The notes under the pieces were generated by a model. That model ran no database searches. It saw only the letters and a program-made list of their open reading frames with translations, and was not told the origin of the DNA. The position numbers and the translations under genes were made by a program. Positions 27,533 through 39,909 of a stretch of 64,000 nt of DNA are shown in pieces. The stretch is from the NCBI RefSeq assembly GCF_006345805.1, contig NC_043004.1, forward strand, positions 36,952,001 to 37,016,000, written 5' to 3'. The first letter of the stretch is position 1. The number at the start of each line of letters is the position of its first letter. Source of the stretch: Octopus sinensis (Eukaryota).

Positions 27533-28455
27533 CACTTGTTCTCTTCACTGCAAGCTAATGGATTGAAAAGAAAATATGATGAGAGGAAGACATGTAAAGG
27601 AAGAGGAGGGGTTGTAAGAGGGGATTTGAAGGAGTGGGGTGGTAAATAGAGAACGAAGAATGAGGAAATTCGGCAGGACGGCAGATGATGTTCATGTGAA
27701 GAGGGCTGGGGGAAAAAGAAAATGTAATAAGCTAACGGAATGCAAATAGGCACACATAGAGAAGACTGTTTTTAAAATGTTAAAATAAATCCATTCATAG
27801 AAATTATTTGTAAGTAGAATAGGTTGTGTTGAGAAAACTGATAGAGTGGTGGTGGAAGCGGAATACGAATGAAAAGGGAAAGATTGAGAATACGAGCGGA
27901 GTGGAGGAAGGAGGCACAGTCAAGTGAAGAAGTGGAACGGGTGGAAGTGTGTGGGAGAGTGAATGGTGAGTGAAGGCTTAGACTGGGAATGAAAATAGAA
28001 TGAACAAAATTCTGAAAGTTAAAACGACCAGTTTGTAGATAATGCATGAATATATAAACTCTGTAGTACACACAGACTCACACACGAACAAGAAGACACA
28101 CACACATACATATATGTATGTATGGTATACACAGACACACACATATGTAGGATTTTTCTTCGAGTGTTCTTGAGAGAAGTTCAAGTTGGTTGCTAGCAAA
28201 GAAACAAGACTTTTTGAGTTAAGAGAGTACTCAGTATTTGTAAATATGTGGTTGAATTGGTATGTTGGTTGAACTGTCGGTGCATACACCCAAGTGTCTG
28301 CGTCTATTCACATGAAAATCTCACATGGATATCTTCTGGAATGTCTTCCAAATCTTCACTGTGCCACTAATAGATTGGATTTAGAGAATCCGCTCTTTTA
28401 TCATGAAACCAAGTGTTTCTAGGTCGTTGTGAAAATTTGTTGTAACAATATATTT

Positions 28456-28742
28456 GGTACATATGTATGTAGATATTAGAATGAAGGATAGCAGGATCCC
28501 TAAGCGGATGCTATATACTCTTACTCTTTTACTCTTTTACTTGTTTCAGTCATTTGGCTGTGGCCATGCTGGAGCACCGCCTTTAATCGAGCAACTCGAC
28601 CCCGGGACTTATTCTTTTGTAAGCCCAGTACTTATTCTATCGGCCTCTTTTGCCGAACCGCTAAGTAACGGGGACATAAACACACCAGCATCGGTTGTCA
28701 AGCAATGCTAGGGGGACAAACACAGACACACAAACACACACA

Positions 28743-28782
<40 letters not shown>

Positions 28783-29350
28783 CATACGACAGGCTTCTTT
28801 CAGTTTCCATCTACCAAATCCACTCACAAGGCTTCGGTCGGCCCGAGGCTATAGTAGAAGACACTTGCTCAAGGTGCCACGCAGTGGGACTGAACCCGGA
28901 ACCATGTGGTTGGTAAACAAGCTACTTACCACACAGCCACTCCTACGCCTTCCCTATATGGGGAATTTGTGAATAGAAAGAGACCCCAGCAGAAACCAAG
29001 GCTGCGATTTAAGGACTGTGTCAAGTCCTCATCAAAGGCCTGTGATATGCAGGAGACTGACTGGGAGAACAATGCCTGTTATCACCCCAGATGGAGGAAG
29101 CAGGTTAAGGAGGGGGTCGACACTTTTGAGAGAGCCCTTAAGCATGCTGCTCGAAAGCACATTGCTGGTGTAGTGAATGGGGAAGGTTTGGTTTGCAATG
29201 TTTGTAGTCGTGTATGCTTGTCAAGAGCAGGAGTCATTAGCCACTAACGGAACCGCAAATACAAAATTTAAGTTAGTTCTAGAGCGCACAATGTTCCTAA
29301 AGGTCAGCAATAGTCTTCCTCGGTCACTAGTGGACGGCTATCATCATGAA
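28456..29350 (+). mobile_element. RTE-clade LINE 3' fragment interrupted by a SINE
   Basis: RMKDSRIPKRMLY|GEFVNRKRPQQKPRLRFKDCVK...WENNA...RWRKQVKEG...CNVCSRVCLSRAGVISH*: typical RTE ORF C-terminus with terminal CxxC..H motif. Confidence 0.82.
28517..28953 (-). mobile_element. tRNA-derived SINE family A, full length, internal (CA)n/(AT)n
   Basis: Minus-strand head AGGCGTAGGAGTGGCTGTGTGGTAA...GGTTCAGTCCC, (AAGAGTAA)n-like tail, CTATAT duplicated at 28511-28516 and 28954-28959. Confidence 0.9.
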
Positions 29351-30583
29351 AAGTATGTATGTATGTATGTATGTATGTGCCTACAAGCACTTCCACATTT
29401 ACTGAAAATAAAGGGAGGGGAGAGGATGACTCCGGAAGAGTGTAAAAAGATGAGGTTGGGAAGTAGAAAAAAAGGAAGTCCAGTTTATATTCTACAAAGC
29501 AGTTTCCTGTGTTAAAGACATTTGTTTGTGGAAATAAAGGGTAAGTATGAGCATTTGAAATGTTCCCTCTTTGTCTCTTATCGGAGATAGGATTAAGGGA
29601 AGGTCTCAAGTTCGGTGAGAGTCAATGAAACTCCTGACGTGAAGTTCACATATATTTTGTCTCTTTCAAAGGAGAGTATGGCTGCTCGGAGAAGCTAGGA
29701 GTTGGGGGTGCCACGAGAAATGAAAGTGACGCATTTACTTGGAATCGATATCCGAAAATGGAGTATTTAATACAGAAACAGTACAAAGACAAAGGAAATA
29801 TGAGATTGTAGGTGTGTAGAAAACTGATTTTGTCATCACAAAAATATCTATTTTTGTTTTGTTTTTTTGTTTCTATCCGACAACAGGTTCTCAATTAAAA
29901 ATACTTTAACATTTATTTCAAGCTAAAACGTTAAAAGAAGTTTGGAATAAAGTAGGGTTGTATGTTGATAACGACTTCCCGAAATAGGGAATTATAACCG
30001 CTGCCGGCAAGCTAAAGTACCTTGCCAATTTATATCCAAAATAAATTTGCCGAAATACGCCATTTTGACCTTCATCCTAGTAAAGTACTATCCTTGAGTC
30101 CTATAATTGTCTATGTATGGAAACTGTAAAGTACAAATGTAAAATGAAACCAAAATATCTTTTCTGAGAATTGAACCTATATCGTTAAATGCTGTTTAAT
30201 GGGAACTCATAACGCTGCCACGACAAGATGGCGCTCATACGCATCATAGCATAATAAAATTTTAATGTTAGAAATGATAATATTTTCCATGCTTCTGGAC
30301 CTATTTTGTCTCATATTATATATTGTTATGCTTTCTTGACTGAAGCTTACTAATTAAGGAAAAATGCCCACTGTACCGCTGATCAATTAGGCTGCATTAG
30401 TTTCGATGTGAATTTCAGTTATTGATTTTTTTAAGCTAAAATACTAATGCAGCCAAAATATCGGAAATTCACGTCAAACTTGATAGAAAATGATTTCGCG
30501 GCGTATGAAGGATGAATAATAATGACGTTATGGTACACTAATGTAGAAGTAAAACTATATCCACATACACACATACATATATT

Positions 30584-30644
<61 letters not shown>

Positions 30645-31175
30645 ATATCACACACATACATACACGGAAGAATTTGAATAACAGAGAGAGAAAGGAAACA
30701 GAGTTAGAGACAGGGAGAAAGGGGAGAGAGAGAGAGAATGACAGTGCTGGTATATGTGCGTGTGTAAGTATTTGTATGTGTATAGAAATGAGAGAGAATA
30801 CGCAGAATTATGTAGGTGATAGCTAAGACGTTGGTGCACGTGGTGGTAGTGGAAGGGGACGACTGTGAAAGCGTTCGTGTGTCTACAAATAATTATCAGG
30901 ACGTTCATATAATTTGTAGATTTCTGCAATAAAAGAAAGAGTACGTTTATGATAATGTGACTGAGCAGGCAGAGGTGGGTGGGGGACGGGGGGTAGAGAT
31001 ATTACGCATAGCATAGAGGGATGTGTATGTAATTATGACACCACAAGTGTGAAGAGAAGGGAAAACATTATCTCTAACGTAGGAATGTTCTATTATTCAG
31101 TGTTGTGGTTGCTCTACACAGATATGCATACATCTATTCACAGATATGCATACATCTATTCACTGTGTGTGCGTG

Positions 31176-31215
<40 letters not shown>

Positions 31216-33180
31216 GCCATCTTCTTTCTCCCTCCCTCGTGTCTTTTTCTTTTTGTGTCGGTAGATAATGTGTGTCTGTGCAAGTATGTATATATATATA
31301 TAAATTTCCCATTTAATTTATGGCTGATTTTTACATAACAGTTAGTGGTTGGCGCTGTTTCTCTTCAGTTAATGTTTACTGTTATCAACTGAAGAATGTC
31401 ATAATATCATTGAAATATATTTTTATTAACAAAGACAGAACAAATATTTGAAGTTTCAACACAAACTACATTACCCCATCCCTCACACTTTATTCGAAGA
31501 AAAAAAAAATATTTTCAATGAATATTTTAAAATGTTGTAACGTTCATTATCCGCCTTATTTGCTACATTTAGAGTTTATTATTTTTTTTCTTTTACTTCT
31601 TTTAATTACAGCAGCATGAGATTTGCTTGCTCCTACTAATAAGCGATGAGCAATTTGATCTTCTTTATTTTTCTTTCCTCTTAACCACTTCATGCTTCCT
31701 CTCCTACTTCCTAAGTGGCTTTTCTCTTCCCCTTCCTCTTTCCTCGATAGCATGTAATGTTTAAATAAGCCAGCGTTCGTGTTGCGGCCTGTTAACTTCA
31801 CAAGTCACTCAGTATTCCGTTACAGCTGACATTCCATCTGTGTCTTACACACATTCTGCAATTCTATCGACATCAGCCGCCACCGCCCCGCGCCTTCTTC
31901 GGTGGCTCATCTTTTTATTTGTTGATCTCCCGTTGACATGTCATTAGCGGTGAGGTTGACATAGGATGCTCCACAACAATGACTAAAGCAGCTTGAGATG
32001 ATGAGGAGAGAGTGAGAGAAATGGTGGTGAGTTAAACGAAGATGAAAAGAGTAGGAAGGGAGAGGATAAAAACAAGAAGGGGAGAGAAAAATACAAGTGT
32101 CAAGAGAAAGAAGAGACAAAATATAAAAAAATAATAAAATTGTGAATTAAAAAGTTGTATTAGGTATTGTAACAATGGTAGAAGTTGTGGCAGTGAGTTT
32201 TCAAAGTTATTGATAAGAAGTCTCAAAGAGAAATAAAGGAGAAAAGAATTTGTGAATGAAATTATGTGTGTCGAAGATGGCGGTTATACAAATATTCCCC
32301 CAGTTTTCTATTGTCGTCTGCTTCTTTGATTCTAAAATTGCTTTGTTTGTATGGCAGTTTTAGAAACTATGACTAAATAATAAACTGGTGTTTACAAAGC
32401 AACCGGCAATTAAGGTAGCCATTTTGTGGTTAGGACTATCATCTAACCGAACCGCTATATAACTACCTTCAGTTCTATGGAGCGCCACAAATTTCACTCT
32501 GGTTGTTTATAATGAGTGATGTTGTCTGCAGATTTCACAAATATATAATTTCAAACTTTTGAGAAAATATTTCAGACGAATAATTATTATTTTTTGTTTG
32601 TTTTTTTTAATAAGCAAACTGTCATTTTCTTTTCAGGAGCAGAGCAGAATATTAAGATCAATTCAACCATAATATATAACTGTCATTTATTGTTTTGATT
32701 CCAGAACAATAAGTCGACCACAATCGTGTTTTGAAATGCAGAAACTTAAGGATATAGCCGATACTGTTAACTTAGCTCATATCATACTTTGATGTGTGAA
32801 ATTTCTAGAAGATTTATATGATGGTTATTTTATAGGCTGCTAAAAAATTTTGGACGCATTTAATCGAACTCCTCTTCAGGGAAAACACAATGAAATTTGT
32901 TGGGAAAATGCTTGTCTTTTTTAATTTTGTTATTTAAACAACAGCAGTTTTAAAAAAAAAAACAATATTGGCCGAAAAATAAACGTAAAATCCAAAAATA
33001 TTTTGTCTTGGATGGCAAAAATATTGCGTTGACACTTTTAGAATATTCAGTTAGCAAAAGTTCACCTCCTCGCTAAAAATACTTATGTTGACTCCACTGG
33101 ATTGATTCTACTGCATTCATAGAAAACAAAACATTCTCTGCACTTTTCAGTAGTTATTTGGATTTTGACAAATCTTGTAG

Positions 33181-33495
33181 AAGACGCGTGGTTTAGTGGT
33201 TAATGTATTGACTCATGATTGTAAGGTGGTGAGTTTGATACACGGCGATGCATTGTGTCCTTTTTTGCAAGACACTTTATTTCACTTTGCTCGTCATCTC
33301 AACTGGCAACACTGGGTAGTACCTGCATTTCAAATGTCACATTCTGTGTCACATTGAATCTTCCTGAGAACTACATTATGAGTACGCGTATTTGTGGAGT
33401 ACTCAGCCACTTGCACGATAATTTCACGAGCAGAATGTTCCAGTGATCGGATCAACTAGAACACTTGTCATCGTAACCGACGGAGGACCAGTCAT
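33181..33495 (+). mobile_element. SINE family C, diverged
   Basis: AAGACGCGTGGTTTAGTGGTTAA head; GCAAGACACTTTATTTCA domain; shared 3' body. Confidence 0.75.
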
Positions 33496-34487
33496 AAAAG
33501 AGACACGGTGCAATATTACAGGGAAGACAAAAAGGAAGTAGTGAATTTCTTAGGCGTTTTCTCGTGGTTGTTTGTGATATTAGGAAAATGGAGTTAAATC
33601 ACCCCAGCATTGAAACCAGTTCGATGTCTTGAATAAAGAAAGAGTTACATCTTGATTTTTCTTGTAACAAGATAATCCAAAGACTGCTTTTTCACAACAC
33701 ATGGAAAATATTATTTACCCATGGTTTTTAATAGATTCTCTTGTGGTTTTTAAGTATTGGGTTGGTGTTTGGCACAGAGGAAAATTGATTTAGCAGCTTC
33801 AGTGTACCGACGCGACTAAAACTGTTTGAGAAGAAACAGGTGAAACTAAAGATATCTAAAACAGCATACGGCTGTTGCTTATATTATAATTAGTGGTAGC
33901 TAGAGGCTCATCTCAATTACGTGTGTATGTAATTAAAAATCCTAAACGTTGTCAAGAGACAACATGATACTCTACCTGCACGTGAAGACGTCAAAAGCTA
34001 GAAAAGAAACCAAGATACCATTTTATTTTAAACAGATATCACTCTCATACTAACATCAATTAATTATACATTTGAAAAAATGACAACAAATCAGGATTTG
34101 CTTTTTAACATGTCATATTTGTCGCGCAAAGAATAGAAAACTGCCGTTTGATCTATTTCTTTAGCTGTCACTTGAACATTTATCTTGGAAAGCGTTATGA
34201 ATTATCAAAGTAAAATTTATATTTTAGAACCTTATGAATTATCAATACGGTATTTTCTGTTCCAATTTTGCAATGAGATATGGAGAGAAAATGATTTTAT
34301 ACATACAAATACTTTAAGCTACATGAAAATTGAAAGAAAATATTTCTAGCGTCTTTTTTAAGGCATTATCACTAAAAGGTTCAAATTGCCAAGAATTTGG
34401 GTTTCACGTTTCCGCTTTAGCAGTTCATTTTTTTTCTCGAGTTGTCTGAATGTATTTTGAGATATTATATGAAAACCGGGCAAAATT

Positions 34488-34610
34488 CTAAGCGGCATTT
34501 CTTCGGATTTTATGTTGTGAGTTAAAATGCCGCCGAGGTTGACTTGCGGGGTCGATGAACTAGTACCAGTTATGCACTGGAGTCGATTGTATGAAAGGAT
34601 TATATGAAAG
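34488..34610 (+). mobile_element. SINE family B fragment, diverged
   Basis: GAGTTAAAATGCCGCCGAGGTTGACT..GGGGTCGATGAA..GTACCAGTTATGCACTGGAGTCGAT. Confidence 0.6.
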
Positions 34611-35030
34611 CCAACAAGAAGACACTTATCTTTATGGGGCTTTTTAATAGTGCGAGCGATATGTGTAAAAATAGGGATTTCAAACTCACGTTTTTCATTT
34701 CTTTTTTGGTTTTCATGGGAAATCTCCAAACGTTATTTTATAAAATTAACATTACATTCTTCTTTCAAACCTCATGAAAAGGAGCTACTCAGAGAACTGT
34801 CCTCGAGTGAAACTGTGTTATTACTTAAGCAATATTTGAAAAGCACTTTTTTTTCACTTCGAAACCAATACATTTTTCACCAAACCAGGTGAACATTAAA
34901 GTACTTACATAAACTATACTTAGCTCTATGCATACATGGTTAAAAATTCAGTCCTTGTGTTCAACCTGTAACTTCCATGATATAATTTTTTTCTCACAAA
35001 GATCACACCGCATTTTTGTTATTTGAAGTT

Positions 35031-35100
35031 GTCGTACGTTATATGGTCGTACGTTATCTACATGGTCGTATATATGGTCGTACGTTATCTACAATCTACA
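35031..35100. repeat. Short imperfect tandem duplication (ATGGTCGTACGTTATCTAC-like units)
   Basis: GGTCGTA occurs three times, plus one TGTCGTA, within 70 bp. Confidence 0.8.
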
Positions 35101-36346
35101 AGGACAGTTTAAATTTTCCCTTACCTCTAGAAAGAACCTCTAAAAAATTCACAGTCGAAATGAATAACATGTAACAGAGTAAGCGACCTAAACAATGGGT
35201 TTGAGCAATATTATTTTGTTTCTAATATTCTATCAGTGTTCTTGCTCTATAAATGTTCTGACAGAAAAGTATAGACATGAATTTGAGTTATCAAATTTAT
35301 GATGTATTTACGTATAAATAGTAAAATGCAGCTTTCAGAGCGAAAATCAGTTCTTTCATATCAAAGTAAAACTGTATTCTGGTTTTAGATGCGATCCCTG
35401 GTGGATCAATTTCTATATTTCAGTTCCAAATGAAATATGACTAATGTTTTCCCATAATTTTAATGTCACACACTAAACTACATCCCTGTAATAGTGCCAA
35501 AAATAAAAAATATACAATCACATGAATATAAATTTCAATAGAGGCTATACAAGACGACAGGAATTCCATTACATATTTAGTGAACGAGCTCCCGTTACCG
35601 CATCAAATAAATCTATTTCCTTCAACAGTTGCTGTTCAATCATTTTACATTAGCTTTTCAAAACTTCATTGATAATTTGCATCTGGTCTAAAAGCTTACT
35701 TATATAAAAACAGAATACCAATTTTATACCAGTCGTTTTTATAATTATATATATATAATGGAATAGAAAATAAATATAAAATAAAGCTGGAGCAGGCGTT
35801 TGTTACTAACATCAAATCGTTTATAAAACAGTTATAAAGAGTAAGTATAAATATATTTAAGCAGGAAAATCAAGGCATCCGGAAAAGTCATACTCTGAAA
35901 TCACAGATAAAAGGGACACCTATTTGTGGAAGCCTTTGTTACAGTTCATCACAACTAGGTGTATATCGGAAGAGTCCATATCTAAACCTCACAAATAAGA
36001 GGGTTTAGGATACGAGTAAATATTTACAGCTGTTTCTGGGGTTTGGTGCTCAGTAAGTGCACTATTGGCCGTTGTGTGTACATACACATGAAGGAGATTG
36101 ATGTTAGTGAATGTATGTGAATTAACTAAAGTTTAAACTATACGATCACCACCCCATTTTCTGAAGGGAATAAAGATTTAGCGATTGAACGTACTTAATC
36201 GACATACATATATATATTGTTTAAGCATAGCGAGACGAGTAGCCTGGTATAGAAGTCAATATACGCATTCTCCAGAACACAATGTCATATGAGTATACAG
36301 TGGTAATCGAAATCAAAAAAACAAATGTTATGTAAAGAACTTCATC

Positions 36347-36430
36347 AGCTTACAACGGTTTCTGCTTTATGATATGTAGGACTCTTTGTAGTTGAGTACC
36401 ATGATAATATCCTATAGCTTCATCAGAGCC
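36347..36430 (-). ncRNA. Type I hammerhead ribozyme, intact core, long stem II
   Basis: Minus strand: GGCT CTGATGA A GCT...(GATAT/ATATC, GG/CC, ACTC/GAGT)...AGC A GAAA C CGTT GT A AGCT. A second CTGATGA overlaps the 3' stem I strand. Confidence 0.7.
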
Positions 36431-36821
36431 TTGAAAATAAAGTTCACTTTATTTGGGAAAGTTACATTTTCGGGGCATACAGGCGTTATTAGTGAGAAAG
36501 TTTATGTTGATGGTTATGGAAAGTTCTATGCCAAGGTAGAAAAAAGTATGCAAATATAAGCATGTGCTTAGCGTAGAATTAAAAGAGAGATATAGGGGTA
36601 GATGCGTACACTCGTTCATATACACATATACAGACATCTACATGTATACACGTGCGCGCATATATATATATACACAAACGCTCAAACTCACAAACACACA
36701 AATCTCTCTCTCTCTCTCTCTCTGACTCGTACAAGTCTTATATAATTTGTATGTTTAAATATGGAGATAGGTGAGTGACTAAATATTGCTCCATTTCAAT
36801 TTTTTCGGTAATTTTTTTTTA

Positions 36822-37196
36822 TTCAGTCATTTGACTGCGGCCATGCTGGAGCACCGCCTTTAATCGAGCAAATCGACTCCGGGACTTATTCTTTGTAAGC
36901 CAGAACTTATTGTATCGGTCTCTTTTGCCGAACCGCTAGGTTACGGGGACGTAAACACATCAGCATCGGTTGTCAAACGATGTTGGGGGGACAAACACAG
37001 ACACAAACATATACACATACATATATATACATATACATATATACGACATGCTTCTTTCAGTTTCCGTCTACCAAATCCACTCACAAGGCTTTGGTCGGCC
37101 CGAGGCTATAGTAGAAGACACTTGCCCAAGGTGCCATGCAGTGGGACTGAACCCGGAACCATGTGGTTGGTAAGCAAGCTACTTACCACACAGCTA
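36822..37196 (-). mobile_element. SINE family A, near full length
   Basis: High identity to 28517-28953. Confidence 0.88.
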
Positions 37197-37728
37197 TTCA
37201 ATATATTTTTACCAAATCTTCTGATGAATAGATAATTCATGCAGTTGTAATCCCTACATTTCAACTATATCCTAATATATTTTCGCAAAATCGTCTGTAA
37301 AATACTCTGACAGAAAATTATATAAAAGTATTTGGATATTTTTTGTGAGACAACACAAAAACAGAAATCACTTGAGATTTATATTACTGTTTAGGTATTG
37401 GCGATGTTAGGAATCGTTAAGCCCAGCCGATACCAAAACCAGTAATCTCCCTTTCTTGTTCAGAAAGGAAGAAATAGAGAAGGTATAAACGAGAACATAA
37501 AGAGCTAACAAATAAAGAATAAAATTTGACTAATTGCTTTTGATACCCTCGTGAATCTTATATCTTTGGCATTTTCGTCACTGCAAGCATTAATCAAAGG
37601 AAATACAAAATACAAAAGAATATTGATTTTACACATGAAATCTTCAACGTTTCTTATGATGCTCATCCTTCTCTTATACGATATATAACAACACGATACA
37701 CACATGCACACAAATGCATTTAGTATTA

Positions 37729-38350
37729 TTAAGTCGCCGAGCTGGCAAAATTATTAATTAGCGCACCGGACAAAATGTTTAACGGCATTTCTCCCAGCTC
37801 TAGGTTCCGAGTTCAAATGCAGCCGATGTCGACTTTGCCTACATGAGATCAAATGGTCCTTACTTTATTGTCCCCGAAAGGTTGAAATGCAACTGACCCC
37901 TCCCTTAAAATTGCTGGTCTTATGCCAAAAGTTTGAAACCATTAAGGCGGCAAGCTGGCAGAATCGTTCGCACGACGGACAAAATGCCTAGCGACTTTTC
38001 GTCCGACTCTTACTGTTCTGGGTTCAAATTCCACCGTGGTCGACTCTACTGTTCAATCTTTCGAGGTCCACAAAATAAGTAGCAGACAAATACTGGAGTC
38101 GATGTAGTCGACTAGCCTCTCCCCTCAAAACCACAGCCTTGTGCCAAAATTTGAAATCATTCACTTTAAGTCAGCAAACTGGCAGAATGGTTAGCGCATC
38201 GGGCAAATTGTTTACAGTTTGCTTTTAGATTTACTTTCTGAGTTCAAATGCCGAGGTAGACTTTGCCTTCCATCCTTTCGCAGTCGATAAAATAAGTACA
38301 AATCAAGTAATCGGCTATCTCACAACCCAACATTTCAAGCCTTATGCCTA
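37729..38350 (+). mobile_element. Three head-to-tail diverged SINE family B copies (about 37729, 37943, 38166)
   Basis: Each starts with a GCTGGCA(G)AAT/AAACTGGCAGAAT-type head and contains G.GTTCAAAT and GTCGACT/GTAGACT motifs. Confidence 0.7.
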
Positions 38351-38703
38351 CAAGACAAACTAGTAGTTGTAATAGTAGTAGTAGTAGTAGTATACGGTCA
38401 TTTGTTAATTTTAAGATGTAAGTTATGGTTTAGGGAACACACATTTTAAAGACTTCTATGAAAAGTAGCTACTCTTACTGAAACATCTTTCTATGGACAA
38501 AAAACAAGAGTTGACGTGTTTCACTGTTATTTTCAGAAAACTCTTATTTATCTACATTTTACTCGGTCCAGCATGACAAAGTTTCGTATTGTGCGTTGGG
38601 ACGTCCATCTTCCCTTAACAACGGATGAAGTGGATTGCACTACGCGCCCATAAAACTTTAAGTCATGTGTAGCTGAGTTAAACAATTTTCCTATTATATA
38701 TAT

Positions 38704-38747
<44 letters not shown>

Positions 38748-39292
38748 AGCAAGCTGACAGTTCCTCGCCAAGGCACAGAACTGGGCAATTTTTTTTTATG
38801 AAAGACTGTCAACTGCCCATGTATCACATATCTCGCTCCTAATCTTTGTCAAACTCCGTCAAGTTTGATACCAGTGTCTTCGCAAGCGTCGCAGTGAAAT
38901 CACAAGCAAGTGGAACACATACAGCAAACCATCACCTCCAAAACTAACTATTCTGGGTGGCCACCATTATGCATTGGGACATGGTTTTTATATGGAAAGG
39001 ATGAAATCCAAAGATTGCTTGGAAGCGATTCGAACTTGGAAACGCAGTGTCGGAACAAATACGGCAAGGTACAGACATAGATCAAAACACACACACACAC
39101 ACATACACACACCGCACAGTGACATCTGTGTGTGTGCACATATATTGACATATCTATATTTGTTTCTATATATAGACATATTTGTATTTGTGTGTATATT
39201 TATAGGCAGCTTTATTTGTGTATGTATATGTGTGTGTTAGATATACATATGTGTCTATATATAAGCATATGCGAATTTATATGTGTTTATAT

Positions 39293-39372
<80 letters not shown>

Positions 39373-39857
39373 GAGAGAGAGAGTGAGAGAGAGAGAAAGC
39401 GGAAGAGCATAACTCTTACTCTTGACATACTCTCCGCAGAATGAGATTCTTTCGATGGGTTCCCACCGCCTTTAGTTTGACGCCTAGTTCCCAGCAGATC
39501 ATAGGAGCCCTTTTATTCTAGGTACCAAGTTCAAAGAACATTCTAGAAATTTTCAAGTCACGTGGGCTTCTTGCCCTCAGAAGTCAGATTTGTTACGCAA
39601 AATACAAAAAAGTCTACTGTTATCAGCAGCTAAATAAAGATTGCCTTTATTTAGGAATTCATGCCAGGAGAGAGGAAAATCTGAGCTGATGCTACACACA
39701 CACACGCACACACACAGAGTGTATTCAAGAACACGATACATACTGTTAGGGCAAATTGAATAAACTTTCTTAAAACTGTTTGTATTTTTATTCTGTATTT
39801 AAGTTTTCCAATGAAGTATTTTTTGACAAAAGCAGAGTAATTCAATATTCTATTGTG

Positions 39858-39909
<52 letters not shown>

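Noticed and set aside
31385-31425. CTGAAGA ATG..CAT T GAAA TATAT
   Set aside because: Only 2-3 bp stems in AT-rich sequence; likely chance.
31879-31906. GCCACCG/CGGTGGC hairpin with minus-strand CCGAAGA
   Set aside because: No GAAA or stem III; too short to interpret.
32850-32885. Minus-strand CTGAAGAGGAG..TAAATGCGTC
   Set aside because: GAAA is mutated, and stems I and II are absent.
36021-36060. Minus-strand CTGAGCA..GAAACAGCTGTA
   Set aside because: Core G8 is lost and there is no stem I or II; counted only as a family remnant.
38760-39070. Possible mariner C-terminal remnant on the minus strand (DF.LF / GI.KL-like)
   Set aside because: Similarity requires several assumed indels; not supportable without a search.
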